Source of the DNA: Eledone cirrhosa
Lineage: Eukaryota
NCBI GenBank assembly: GCA_964016885.1
Contig: OZ024741.1
Span: 263,934,001-263,998,000, forward strand
Length of the DNA stretch: 64,000 bases
Direction: 5' to 3'
Shown: positions 15,276 through 30,687 of the stretch, one piece after another
Layout of the letters: the number at the start of each line of letters is the position of its first letter
Position numbering within the stretch: the first letter of the stretch is position 1
Translations under genes and position numbers: made by a program
Notes under the pieces: model-generated
The model's input: only the letters and a program-made list of their open reading frames with translations
Told to the model about the DNA's origin: nothing
Database searches by the model: none

Positions 15276-15493
15276 TATATATATATGTATTTATTTATTT
15301 ATATATATATAGAGAGAGAAATATTAAAACAATGAAATTAAACACAAAACTGTTAATTTATAGTAAAACTCATTATTTTACGATCGTTTCTGGGGGGTAG
15401 TTACCTGTATGTTCATTCAATTATTGATCTATGTAAAACATTGAGTTCTTTATACGGTTTAGACCCTACCATTGAGTGGTAGATTTATCGGTG

Positions 15494-17948
<2,455 letters not shown>

Positions 17949-18007
17949 GTGTTGATTTAAAACTGCACTATCCACAAGTGTGTTTTAACCTTCATATCAT
18001 GTCTCCC

Positions 18008-18078
18008 TATTGTATCCGACGAAAACGCAAATGTTATTGCATGATGATATTTGTTTTTGAAATGCGCATAATAAAATA
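18008..18078 (+). ncRNA. Type I hammerhead motif with core variant CCGACGA
   Basis: tattgtat-CCGACGA-aaacgcaaatgtt..gatatttgtttt-t-GAAAT-gcgc-ATA-ataaaata. Confidence 0.55.
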
Positions 18079-18118
18079 CATGGAACTCTTTTAACCATCT
18101 TTTGATCTTATATATATA

Positions 18119-18173
<55 letters not shown>

Positions 18174-18176
18174 TAT

Positions 18177-18560
18177 ATCAGAAAAAAGAGAATCAGTGTT
18201 GCGACGAAAGGAATTTATTGGACATATTACAATTGTTTCTCGGGCGACCAGTTCGAGGCCCGATCGATGTGGGGATCAAACCTGACTCTGAAATCGCACG
18301 ATCCTCGGATACGTCTCGATTCTACGAAGGAAAATCTGCTTCGTAGAATCGAGACGTATTCGAGGACTGCGCGATTTCAGAGTCAGGTTTGATCCCCACA
18401 TCGATCGGGCCTCGAACTGGTCGCCCGAGAAACAATTGTAATATGTCCAATAAATTCCTTTCGTCGCAACACTGATTCTCTTTTTTCTGTGATATCATAC
18501 TCTGCTCTACGAGGGCACCGAGTGCTCATCCGGTCTACCGCATACGGACGCTTTAAGCAT
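18177..18560. mobile_element. Fold-back element in (TA)n carrying an HHR-like motif (minus strand 18224-18312)
   Basis: Arms 18177-18328 and 18339-18492. Motif gtat-CCGAGGA-tcg...cga-GAAAC-aatt-GTA-atat. Confidence 0.65.
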
Positions 18561-18568
18561 CCAACACC

Positions 18569-18636
<68 letters not shown>

Positions 18637-18643
<7 letters not shown>

Positions 18644-18682
18644 TGGTGATGGTGGTGGTGATGGTGATAATGGTGATGGTGG

Positions 18683-18717
<35 letters not shown>

Positions 18718-18778
18718 GTGATGGTGATGATGGTGATGGTGATGATGATAATGATGAGGATGATGGTGGTGATGATGA

Positions 18779-18782
<4 letters not shown>
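18637..18782. repeat. (GAT/GGT)n trinucleotide repeat within (TA)n
   Basis: Direct reading. Confidence 0.95.
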
Positions 18783-18856
<74 letters not shown>

Positions 18857-18907
18857 ATATATATGTATACATATATATATGTATACACACACACATATAT
18901 ATGTATA

Positions 18908-18967
<60 letters not shown>

Positions 18968-19268
18968 TGTGTGTTTGTGAGTGTGTGTGTGTGTGTGTAT
19001 ATATATACATATATATATATGTATATATATATGCATACATACATTCATACATGCGTACACACATACATACATAGATGCATATATATATATATATACATCC
19101 ATCCATCTATATATTGATAAACGCACATACATAAACGCACACACATATACACACATGCATATATATTGGAAAGAATGTTTGAAATCCCATTATACTTAGA
19201 ACATTCAAATATTAACTGAAAGAGCACTCAATATGCGTATTGAGTGCTCGTTCAGTTTTCTCTTGTGA

Positions 19269-19309
<41 letters not shown>

Positions 19310-19460
19310 CACACACACGCATACAGAGACACACAGACACACGCACAAACACACAGCCCCATAAACTCTCTCTCACCCCCCCCCCCCACACACATATATA
19401 TATTGATATACCAGCGTTGTCTGAAAACAACACATGTTTACGTTGCTTCATGCACACGGG

Positions 19461-19522
<62 letters not shown>

Positions 19523-19586
19523 AATGAAGTAATTCCATCGGAAAAGTCCAGGAAAAAAGAGTGCTCTATGTAAGCAACAGAGCTTA

Positions 19587-19855
19587 ATTATTATTATTAT
19601 GTAATAAACAACATAAGGCAATTATTCCATTTACCAGTGGTTTCTTAAAAGCAAAAGGTTTTGCTTTCAATCCTTAGAATGAAAAATCCTGGTTTGTTTA
19701 TTGAATATGGATTCTAAAAAAAAAAAAACCATATTAGAATCCATATTCAATAAACAAACCAGGATTTTTCATTCTGAGGATTGAAAGCAAAACCTTTTGC
19801 TTTTAAGAAACCACTGGTAAATGGAATAATTGCCTTATGTTGTTTATTACATAAT

Positions 19856-19862
<7 letters not shown>
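19587..19862. mobile_element. Fold-back element ending in (TA)n
   Basis: ~130-bp inverted arms centred near 19725. Confidence 0.85.
19770..19823 (+). ncRNA. Type I hammerhead ribozyme
   Basis: catt-CTGAGGA-ttgaaagcaaaa cc ttttgcttttaa-GAAAC-cactg-GTA-aatg. Confidence 0.75.
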
Positions 19863-19907
<45 letters not shown>

Positions 19908-19912
<5 letters not shown>

Positions 19913-20295
19913 GAATTGGTGCTCTGAAATAGCTATATATATATATATGAATGTATATAGAGTGTATTTTGCAATACACTGTATGCTTAATTAAAAGCAT
20001 TTAGAAGACCTTATGCTATTGTTTTAGAGTAGTGACAGACTCACTTACTTTAATTTTCAGCAAACAGGGGGAGATAAAGCTGACAAGGCCTTGTTTCGCA
20101 TTTATTGATGCTTATCAAAGCCAACTACTCCTCCTGTTTGCTGAAATCATGGATGTTTGGTTCTTATATGCGAAACAAGGCCTTGTCAGCTTTATCTCCC
20201 CTTGTTTGCTGAAAATTAAAGTAAGTGAGTCTGTCACTACTCTAAAACAATAGCATAAGGTCTTCGAAATGCTTTTAATTAAGCATACAGTGTAT
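19908..20295. mobile_element. Fold-back element in (TA)n, related to 1345-2245
   Basis: Arms 19975-20100 and 20170-20294. Shared ggtgctctgaaatagc and catttagaagacc. Confidence 0.7.
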
Positions 20296-20617
20296 ATATA
20301 TATATATATATATTGCGCCTATATATATATATATATATATATTGCGCCTATATATATATATATTGATATATATATATATATATAGGCGCGTGTGCAAGAA
20401 GCAACGCGAACGTGTGTTGTTTTCAGACAACAATGGTTTGAGGTGGTCCAAGTTAAGGGGTGCGGTGGTGGGAGAGTGTGGCGGGTGGAGCATTGATTGT
20501 TAGAAATGTGCTGATTAATGGTGAGTTATCTAGGTTTTAAGATATATTCTAATTGCCTGTAGTGATAGAGTGATACAGACATAGAGTGAGGTATTAGAGA
20601 GGGAGAGAGAGAGAGAA

Positions 20618-20675
<58 letters not shown>

Positions 20676-20818
20676 GGGGGCGAGAAAGGGGGAGAGATAG
20701 ACAGATAGGGAGAGAGTTAGATAGATATATAGATAGATAGATAGAGAGAGAGAGAGAGAATTAGAGGGGTAGATAGAGATGAGGAAAGTAAGAGTTAAAT
20801 AGGTAGTTAGATATGGAA

Positions 20819-20883
<65 letters not shown>

Positions 20884-21312
20884 CCTGAGAAAGGAAGTGA
20901 AAGAGTTGGGAGAAGTGGGAAAGAAGAATAATGGAGAAAATAGGAAATGAAATGACTAGAGGAAATGTGGGAGAAAGAGATGAGAAGGAATGAGAAGAAA
21001 AAGGGAAGGAAATACGATGAACGATGCCAAAAATATGCCAAAAACAACAACAAAACACAACAAAACATAAACAACAAAAATATCGGAAACCCATTAAGTA
21101 AGGAAGCAAGAAACACAAGAAGGAAAGAAAGACGAGAGTAATCAGTTTTCAAATGAGTTTTATATTAGCTTTGCTGTCACTCTTACAAATTAGTGATCAT
21201 TGTTTGATGATGAATTCCTAAGGATACACGTGCTAGTGATGATGGTCCATTGACCGAATATTGAATAGTATAACATCTACTCATTAATAAATTGTAGAAA
21301 AATGAAAAAAGC

Positions 21313-21372
<60 letters not shown>

Positions 21373-21458
21373 AAAATTAAAATTAAGGGTTGTCATGTCT
21401 GGGAGACATGCACCATATCCACCGTAGAATAAGCTCAAAGATTAGATCCGAGCATTAC

Positions 21459-21705
21459 ATATCAACTAGAAATAGCTAGGTAGGTAACTAATTAAAGTTT
21501 GACTAGAACTTCAAATATAGATACCTTTTAAAATGAGATTTATCTTTTAATCATTTTAAAAGGTATCTATATTTGAAGTTCTAGTCAAACTTTAATTAGT
21601 TACCTAACTAGCTATGTGTGCTTACATTCTTTACAAATTATTCCCTGTGATTGTTTCATGTATTTATTTCATATATATATATGTCAATCTATTTCTAGTT
21701 GATAT
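21459..21705. repeat. Inverted repeat element near (TA)n
   Basis: tagctaggtaggtaactaattaaagtttgactag...ctagtcaaactttaattagttacctaactagcta. Confidence 0.75.
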
Positions 21706-21864
21706 ATATATATGTATATATATATTTCACTAATGCCACAAGCTATGATGTGTGACGTGTGACTATCATAAGATACCTTTCTAAGGTTCTATCAACTCAC
21801 CTAAATTTAGAGCTTCCGTTACAGTTTTGGCACTGTGAGGGGGGAGGGAGGGGGCGAAAGGGCT

Positions 21865-22215
21865 TAATAAGGGTTTCTGATTTAGGCACAAGGCCAACAA
21901 TTTTGGAGAGGGGTAAAAGTCGATTAAATCGACCCCAGTGCATTACTGGTAGTTTATTTATCGACCCCATAAGGATAAAAGGTAAAGTTAACTTTGGCGG
22001 GATTTGAACTCAAAAGCGTTATATAATAATTGTTTCTACTTTTGGCACAAGGCCAACAATTACCCAGTGCATAACTGGTACTTTATTTTATCGACCCCGT
22101 AAGAAAGAAAGGCAAAATTAACCTCGGCGGGATTTGAACTCAGACCATAAAGGGCCGTAACTCTATGCTACAAAGCATGGCGTCCGACCCTCTACCGATA
22201 CTGCCAATCCACTGC
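21865..22215 (-). mobile_element. Two tRNA-derived SINE copies (Meta-domain-like body)
   Basis: Reverse complement of tggcagtatcggtagag...gagttcaaatcccgccgaggttaattttgcctttc..ggggtcgataaa..gtaccag. Confidence 0.75.
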
Positions 22216-23539
22216 GTTATATACTAATAACAATACACATGTACAGCATATATATTTATTAGCTCACACTTTTTTTTATCTCCAATACGAGACTAAGAAA
22301 GAAATTAAAAACATGATCATAGTAACATATTTAGAGTTAATAGAAAATCAGTATAGTGAAAACCAAGCCACAAGTATATTGAAACAAATTATTGGAGGGG
22401 ATTAAGTTCCAAAAGCCCCTCAGCGTAGGAAGGCTTGACATTTACACGGAAAAGACATGTAATAAGCGCGACAGAGCAAGAACATCCACATTTAGAATAT
22501 GCCGAGGTCAACTTTGCCTCACATCCATTCGAGGTCGATAAAAAAATGCCAGCCTAGTAGTGGAGTCGATTCTTCCATATCTCTCTGGAAGAAATCTGCT
22601 TTATTTAGACCTGGAGAGGAGATGGGTTCCGCCAGTGACATATTTCTCTGTGTCCTGAGAGGTGTTTATAATTTATGAAGTTTTACCGTGAAATATGTAA
22701 ATGAAAGATATTTAGAGTAGTTTGAATACGTTTAAAATCATAAGGACGTTCTTGATGATTTCATATGAATGAAACAGTTTTAGTTCCGTAAGTGTCATTT
22801 TTATATAAATTAAATATGCCTATTCTCTACTAACGTATTGAGTACCTTAGTTAATTGTGGTTATCTCCTAATCGCCATCCGGATGTGGTGAAAGAGACTT
22901 TTACTACTTATGCTTGATTTTCCAAGGGGCGTGACGCTCCTAAGGGATCTTTTCCTGGATTGCGTGACGCTCCTAAGGGATCTTTTCCTGGATTTAAAGC
23001 GGCTTTTGGCTGGCACATGGCCGAAGAGAGGATGTTTTGGATCTGTAGTTTCTTTTTAAATTATAAAACATTATACAAGACTAAAGAAGTACGTTACTAG
23101 AAATCCTATGTTATAAAATATATAGGATGGGTTGGGGTCTCAACATGTAAAGTATACGACTAATTCTGTTTTTTTTAAAAATATAAATGGAGACAACGTA
23201 GAAAAATTATCGATTTTCCAACTCCCTCCCACCACTTATCCCCCCTATTATTTGGGATCGGAGAGTGGATACCAGTCACATTATAGGCGGCTAATAGGAT
23301 AGAATACACTACATCCTTTAAAACCCTCATGCTTCCCGAAATTCGCCAAAACTACACCTGATGTACCCCTTCCATACACATGCACACATGTGTATATCAT
23401 GACTCATGCACAGTTCATTTTCCTGACGTTTGTACATTACCTATGTACTATACATACACTTGTTGATGAGTTGTAGTGCACCTGAGCACTGTACACAATA
23501 TTTTCATTATTATTATTTCAATACTTTGGATATTCATTC

Positions 23540-23745
23540 CGGCTCTCTGTTCTGTCAGTTCAAATCCCACCGAGGTCAATTTTGCCTTTCATCCATTCGA
23601 GGTCGATAAAAAAAGTACCAGTCTAATACTGGGGTCTATTCTTCCTCTATATCTCTTTCTCACTTCCATTCTTTCGCTCTCTATCCTTCTCTGGAAGAAA
23701 TCTGCTGTATTCAAACCTGGAAAGGAGATGGGCTCCGCCTGGTTT
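23540..23745 (+). mobile_element. SINE body fragment (similar copy at 22495-22635)
   Basis: gttcaaatcccaccgaggtcaattttgcctttcatccattcgaggtcgataaa. Confidence 0.65.
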
Positions 23746-24179
23746 AAAAATTCCCTAGAAACACTGTATGAGGCGACGGCGCCCTCACGACCCCATCTGG
23801 AGTTACGAGATCATACCATACCATACTATACCATATCAGTCACATTCGCGTCTCTTTTCTCTGGAGAGCTATACTTGCAGACATTCACTGCTTCCGCAGT
23901 CACTGGAGTTCGCCTATCCTGGGGTATCGTTGCCAGTTTCCAAATTCAGTATTGTGTTTATTCTTTGCTGTTACTTTCTAGAACAACTATGAAATATCAA
24001 TATCAACTCTTCTGTCTCACTCTTGATGTATAAAACAGCTTCACTGAAGAATTTCCTTTCAACCCCCTCCCTCCCCACCATCCACAATTAGCAATAACAA
24101 TACAAACTAAACTTTTATTTATTAGTCATCAAATGAACTCGGTGTAAAGAATTTACTCTTCTTTCCCCGTTTCACAAAT

Positions 24180-24328
24180 AAAGGGTTTCTGATTTAGGCA
24201 CAAGGCCAACAATCTTTTTTGAGTGGGTGGCGGTGGGTGAGTCGATTAAATCGACCCCAGTGCATTATTGGTATTTTATACGATACCCGTAAGGATGAAA
24301 TTTAAAGCTAACCTCAGAGGGATTTGAT
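24180..24328 (-). mobile_element. SINE 3' fragment
   Basis: tttaggcacaaggccaacaa...gtcgattaaatcgaccccagtg. Confidence 0.65.
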
Positions 24329-24574
24329 ATAATACTTCCCCAAGACAGTATATACCGTTGCGACATATACTTTAAAAAATGGTCCTTAAAAACATAGCAC
24401 ATATACTTAAACCGTATAAAGAGGGAAGGCTGCTTCTGATCCCTAGCTCAAGTCTTACTGTAGGCTCAATTGAGTCTCTGGGCAAAGTAATAATGACATT
24501 TCACTTTCTTTTGTTTAGACAGAGTAGTTGGTTGTTGAGAAAAGTACCGGGCAACGAAGAACCAGCGATTTGTA

Positions 24575-24943
24575 CGAGGGAAGGTTGAAAAGTTCATAGG
24601 CTGACCAAGATACTCTCATAGAATCACCAAATAAGGTTTATCTTTCAACATAATCCCTGCAAAGAAACAATGCAGTTATAACAAGAAGAGTTGAAATTAA
24701 TGCATGTATGATTTCACAGCTCTAGCATCACTCTTTCATACGAGTGTAGGCTGAAAAATTTCACAGGCTGACCAAGATACTCTCATGGAAGGACCAGATG
24801 AGATTTGTTTTTCAACATAGTCCCTGGAAAGAAACAATGCTGTTAATAATAATAAGAATTGAAATTAATGTATGCAAGATTTCACAGCTCTAACATCAAT
24901 TCTTCATAGTCAGCTTATGAACTTTTCAGCCCACCCACCCTCG
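24575..24943. mobile_element. Mariner-type MITE with internal duplication
   Basis: TA|CGAGGGAAGGTTGAAAAGTTCATAGGCTGAC ... GTCAGCTTATGAACTTTTCAGCC..CCCTCG|TA. A second left end is at ~24741. Confidence 0.75.
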
Positions 24944-25311
24944 TATTCTGTCACACCATTAGACAACTAATTTCACACAATGGAAGTAGTGCTAGGTTAA
25001 ACTTCCTTTGTGTGGAAAAAGCTATTTACTGTAAACTAGATTGACATTTCAATCCGCTTATTGTTAAAAGCCGTATCAATAAATAGACTGTTGTCATAGT
25101 TAAGTAATGAAAGACTTTTAGTGTGCTGCTAGACCTGGAGTTATTCACTCGAGTAAATACCACCGGAATCTAACTACTCAGTTTTTTAAGGAAAGATAAG
25201 AGATTTCACTTAACACCATGTCGAGTGAGAGTTAATTTTTCAACACAAAAGTAATGATAAAAACGCAGGCAGTATCTCAAAACGAGTATCAAATTTAAAT
25301 CTTCATTTTAT

Positions 25312-25564
25312 TGTAGCTCCATGTTACAATTGTGGTTAGTAAATATTCTTCTACATATTAGGTATTCCGGGTCCATAGTGTGTGACTAGAAAGAAGATAA
25401 CATGCTCGTGTCCTGTGATGTCAATCCGAAAGGAAAGCGCCAACAGAGAGAGAGCTTGATTGCGTTGCCGCTATTTATATCCTCTTTTCGGAAGTTACAA
25501 AGAGGGCTCTAGACTTTCGACGGGAAGTAACTCTAGCTACTTCCCTTGTCTAGAGAGCGCTACA
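25312..25564 (-). mobile_element. Putative 3' LTR of the Gypsy element
   Basis: Minus strand PPT gagagggga then TGTAGC...GCTACA termini and an internal TATAAAT. The left boundary is uncertain. Confidence 0.5.
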
Positions 25565-25901
25565 TGACTCCCCTCTCAGACGAGAAGTCGAATGACCAAA
25601 TGACCAAATGTAGCGAGAACATGAGGAGCAAAACAAAAGGTACACGAACATAAATGAATAAAACATGAGCAAGCAAATAGCAAAATGAGCATAAAACAAG
25701 TAATGCATTTTTACAAAGAATGTTTGAATGTAACGAATGATAAATCATAGTCATACAAAAGAGCAGAGAATATTGATGCTCAATGGTAAAATCAATGTTT
25801 TTCAAAGTCAAATAGTTCATACATCACTAGTGTACAGACTTTTCTGACACTAGTTCTATCTGAAAACTGAAAAAGAAGAGGTATGTTAATGCCACTGGGG
25901 T

Positions 25902-27310
25902 TTAAAAGTATATTGTTTTTGAGAGTTTTCGTGGCCATTTTAGCGTCCTGCCACCTCGTGTGACATAAGGTTGTGTGGTATGTGGTATTTGTGGTGGAGG
26001 TGAAAGTGTTGGTGTGGGAGTGTATGTACGAGGTGTATCAGGCAGTGTGATGAGACTTTCGGAGAAAGCCTTTTTTGCTCTGTCAATGGATATTGTCTCT
26101 TTTCGACCATTGACAGCCACTGTGAAATGTTTGGGTGTGTGCAAAAGCACACAAAAAGGTCTATTATAAGGTCACGTAAGAGGTCCCTTGACGGAATCAT
26201 TCCGTATGAAAATGTGTGTCCACGTAGAGATGTCCGATGGGACAGCAGAAGAAATAGATTCGTCACGAGGGTGAAAGATCCGAGAAATACGAACGAGTAT
26301 GATGCTGGGTCAAGATGTGATGAATCCACTGGTGTTAACATTTGTCCAGGAAGAGACAATGTGGTACCATAAAGAAGTTCAGCAGAAGAAAAACCTAAAT
26401 CTGTCTTAATGGCAGCACGACAACCAAGAAGCACGATAGGCAAAAATTCAGTCCAACGTTGTGGATCAGGAGTAGCGCGAGGTGTAGCTTTCAACTGTCT
26501 ATGAAACCTCTCGATCATTCCATTGGAGGCTGGGTGATAGCTGGTCGTATGGATGTGATGAGCACCCAAGAGTCGTGATATTTCACGAAATAAGGAAGCC
26601 TCAAATTGGCGTCCACGATCCGTAGTTATTTTAGTAGGAACAACGAAACGAGCAATCCAATTGGAAATGAAAGCTCGGGTAACGGACTCTGCTGTTATGT
26701 CCATGAGGGGGTATGGCTTCAGGCCACCGAGAGAAACGATCGATGCAAGTCAATATGTATGTGAATGCACGACTAACGGGCCATGGACCAACAATATCCA
26801 TGTGTATATGACGAAACGTGCGTCTGGCGGGCTGAATTTCCCAAGAGGAGCGCGGACATGCCGATGAATCTTAGAACGCTGACACTTCAAGCAAGAACGT
26901 GCCCAACTGGTGATTAAACGACGCATATTAGGCCAGAAGAATCGAGCCGTAATAAGCTTCACCGTGGCAGCTATGCCAGGATGTGACAAGGAATGAAGTG
27001 CATCAAAAACGGTACGCTGATGACAATCTGGAACAAGTGGTCTGGGTGAGCCAGTAGAAATATCGCAGAGAATTTTCCCTTCAGAAGATGGAAGAGGTAA
27101 ATATTCCAATTTGCAGCAGGAGAACTGGTCAGAGGAAATGTCCAGCGAATCCAAAGTAGGTTGGTCAGTTGCAATGGCAACTAAATCGATATGTGCAGGA
27201 GACGCAAGAGAACACACAGAAAGTCGAGATAGTGCGTCCGTAGGTATGTTGGAAGTTCCAGCTATGTGACAAATGTCACTTGTATACTGTGAGATGAGAT
27301 GTGTGTGTTG
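25902..27310 (-). mobile_element. Gypsy LTR retrotransposon pol remnant (RNase H end plus integrase), frameshifted
   Basis: HIAGTSNIPTDALSR; HHCC motif HSLSHPG..FFWPNM..CLKCQ; core ITTDRGRQFEA, TTSYHPASNGMIERFHRQLK. Confidence 0.9.
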
Positions 27311-27339
27311 ATGTTCTATCCCTTTCACTCACTGCCTCC

Positions 27340-27770
27340 CTCTCTCTTGCTCTTCCCATCTCTCACAATTATATGCAAATGGGAGCCCCCGCGCTGGCTG
27401 CCCCGCAGCCCCGGCGGACAGAATAGAGAGGGCGTTTCTCCGGAGGATGGTGAAGTTAGACGCGTTGGAAGAGCCATTTCAGCTCGCGAGGCTCACACCT
27501 GCGGGTAGCCAACTCCGTGCCGATGGTGGTGAATAAAGAGGTGGTCCTAGGATCAAAGACACCAGAGTTAATCTTCCTGGGAACGAAGTGCAGCGGAGCA
27601 TGGGTTAGTCGAAGACAACACCAGGTTGCCGCTAGAGAATGTGTCACTGCATGTGGCATCCTAGATGAGGGGTTTACCACCACGGAACGGGAAGATGATC
27701 ATGCCGTCTGGTCCTTTGCCGTCCCCTCTGTCCAGCTCCACCGAATCAAGCTGGGAGGGGAAGCCTGCTA
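27340..27770 (-). mobile_element. CRE-type RLE LINE 3' fragment
   Basis: SGVFDPRTTSLFTTIGTELATRRCEPRELKWLFQRV resembles the CRE C-terminal ..PRE..L.QR.S.A..RGNA region. Homologous to 36440-36960. Confidence 0.6.
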
Positions 27771-27867
27771 TCCACTTATTGTTAACAAAAGCCGGCATCA
27801 ATGAATAGACTTGTGAGTTCGAAAAGGATTAATTAACAGTTTATATTTCATTATATGTACGGGATTA

Positions 27868-28088
27868 GGGCGGTGGATTGGCAGTAATCGGTAGAGCGTC
27901 GGTCACCATGCTTTGCAGCATAGAGTTACGGCCTTTTACGGTCTGAGTTTAAATCCAGCTGAAGTTAGCTTTGCCTTTCATCCTGACTAGGCCAATAAAA
28001 CAATGCACCAGTAAGGTACTGGGGTCAATTTAATCGACTTTCCCCTCTGCAAAATTGCTGGCCTTGTGCCTAAAATAGAAATCATTAT
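27868..28088 (+). mobile_element. tRNA-derived SINE, near full length
   Basis: A box tggcagtaatcgg, B box gagtttaaatcc, body ttgcctttcatcct, tail ggccttgtgcctaaaatagaaa. Confidence 0.8.
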
Positions 28089-28546
28089 ATGTACGTGATC
28101 TTTTATTTTGTGACGACATATATCTCTTTTGACCATACATGTCTCCCATTCTTGTCTGCTTGAAGTGAATAGAAAGAAGAGTTAAATTCCGAGCGTGTAG
28201 CCTCTTGTGGCTTGATGTTAATGATTAGCTTAACTAAGATGTACGACATACTTACTAGAATCAGACAGAAGAAAAGGTCATTAGCGATGTGTTGGCAGCT
28301 AAAGTGTTACTATGTATGAAGGAGTTCTTACAAGTGACTACTAGTGAATATTAGATTAGTTAAAGTGGGATTTAGTGTTCGTACTGATCATATTACACAA
28401 TTTCCTTTGCTCTTCCGTTTTCTAGTATATCAACCACTTTAAACATTCTATCACTGTTCTTTGTCTTCCTCGACATATTGTCTCTCCCTACCACTTTTGA
28501 TATTCTATCTCAGTTCTTTGCTACTTATTCGTCATCCTTATATATA

Positions 28547-28845
28547 CTAGCAGAAAAACCAACCTTCGGGTGGTTTTTTGCTAGCATGTGTAGTGTGTAT
28601 ATTGATATTATACGCAGGTGTATATACATGTAGATATGATACATCAAATAAAATTGTAATTGACAATATACACAGAAATTGAACGAAGACTGCGTTACAC
28701 TGTCTTATGTAATCAGTAACGTAATCCATGATACATTAAAAAAGACGATATTATATATAAACTGCATTAGAAGAAAATTAGTATGTTTATTTAAGCGATC
28801 GCCACCGGAAGTGTTGACATCACACAATCTCTCTTTCTATATATA
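28547..28845 (-). mobile_element. Non-autonomous Helitron-like element
   Basis: Minus strand ends in hairpin aaaaaccacccgaaggttggttttt followed by ctgCTAG|T. Confidence 0.4.
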
Positions 28846-29161
28846 TGGTAGTTGAAGTGCAACTTTGAAAAGAAGTCAATTTTAAATTATTTATTTTTAC
28901 GAAATTATTTTTGTTTACGAAATTGAGTAGATAAATTATGTAATATTCATTCATTATTTATTCAAAGTAATCCAACTTATTTTGCAAACGGGATAAAAAA
29001 AAATAAACAGTACGCAATCCCGCAGACCTTCCTTTATTATAGTTTAGATGTGTATATATGTATATATATGAAAACGTTTTCCTATTACCCACTCTACTAC
29101 CCTAAGTATTGAGTACTCTGGTGCGTTATGGTCCATCTGGTTCCTTACCACACTTCCTTCG

Positions 29162-29237
<76 letters not shown>

Positions 29238-29351
29238 TATTTTTTCTTGGGGTCTTCCCCGTGCCCCCGCCCCTCTCTTTCTAACATAGTATATATATAT
29301 AACACGTTTTCAGATAAGAAATATTGCAAAGAAATACAAAAACGAAGTATA

Positions 29352-30393
29352 TATATGATGAAGATCTTACGGGCTTATGGAATCCCCAAGAAGATAGTGG
29401 ACATGAAATCACTGCTCTACACCAACACCAGAGACCAAGTCATTACATCTGGCGGGATGATGGAGTTCTTTGAGATACTGGCTGGAGTAGTCCAGGGAGA
29501 TACATTGGCTCCCTACCTTTTTATCATTGCAGTGGACTATTGTATGCGCCTTGCACTGGAGAAACACCAGGACTCTGGCTTTACTGTAACACTGGCTCAA
29601 ACCAGGAGAGTTAAGGCTAAAAAGATATCAGATGCTGAATTTGCTGACGACATAGTTCTGGTGACAAACACAGTGAAGGAGGCAGAGGATTTGATGTAGG
29701 AGGTGGAGACTGTGTCGATGAGTGTGGAGCTGAGAATGAATGAGATTAAGACGAAGTATCTGGTAGAGAACATTAAGAAGCCAGAGAAGATTATGAATGT
29801 AGCCGGGAAGCCGCTAGAGTTGGTTGAGGACTTTCTGTATCTGTATCTAGATTAGGAACACAGGATGATGTGGTTGAGAGGAAGAGCAAAGCCTGGGCAG
29901 TGTTCCACAGCTTGAGATCGGTGTGGAGTCGGACCTTCGTAAAGACCTGAAGATCCGTCTTTTTGTTGTTATAGTGGAGTCTGTGCTGCTGTACGGCTCT
30001 GAGACTTGGACATTGACGAAGAGACTAACTCAGATGGTGGATGGGTGCTATACACGAATGCTGAGGATGGCTCTGAACATTACTCAGTTTACAGTGAGGA
30101 TGAAGAACTCAGAGCTGTATGGGAGTCTCCCAAAAGTCAGCTCAAAAGTAACACAGAAGAGACTGAGGTTGTTGGACATGCTCACTGACATCCAGAGTTG
30201 ACACTGCACTCAGTGCTCCTGTGGGAACCCCTACACGGAAACTAGGAGAGGGAGACCAAGGTTGACATATATTGATGTCCTAAGGACAGACACTCGTCTC
30301 TGGGTGACGCAGGACATGGCGGCGATGATGAGGGGCAGAGACCGCTGGAGAGAACTCGCCCATGATTCTCGAGAATTTTACCCGCCCGAGATG
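29352..30393 (+). mobile_element. RTE-clade LINE 3' fragment, degenerate reverse transcriptase
   Basis: KILRAYGIPKKIV, GVVQGDTLAPYLFII, EFADDI, VESVLLYGSETWTL, DGCYTRMLR; stops and frameshifts. Confidence 0.85.
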
Positions 30394-30687
30394 ATATATA
30401 TATATATATATACTTCATTTTTATAGTTGATTTTCAAGATTTCTTATTTGAAAATGTGTGGTGAAACAGATATTGTTATACTTTGGGAGGGTCATGCTGC
30501 CAATAAAACACACGTACCTGTTGGTTTTCACTTCAATTTTTATTAAAAATTTCCAGTTGGTTGATTTAATAATCGGGTTGTTGTTTATTTGTTTATTGTC
30601 AAAGCTCTTTCATCACACATTCTGGGGCCTCCTCATTGACTAATTCCTATATCATCTTGTTTTTGTGTTCCATTTTAGAGTACTTTT

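Noticed and set aside
21232-21270. HHR-like GTGATGA-ggtc/gacc-GAATA
   Set aside because: Both conserved core segments are mutated; also rejected CTGAAGA at 38755 and CTGACGA at 43181 for lack of stems
23476-24033. 185-aa ORF as a host gene
   Set aside because: Runs through SINE sequence and has no recognisable domain
25053-25092. ~40-bp similarity to 27771-27813 as a TSD or LTR of the Gypsy element
   Set aside because: Too long and diverged for a TSD, and it does not match the LTR candidate boundaries
27868-27960. tRNA gene (also 43250, 52715)
   Set aside because: A and B boxes only, with no cloverleaf, and continues into a SINE body
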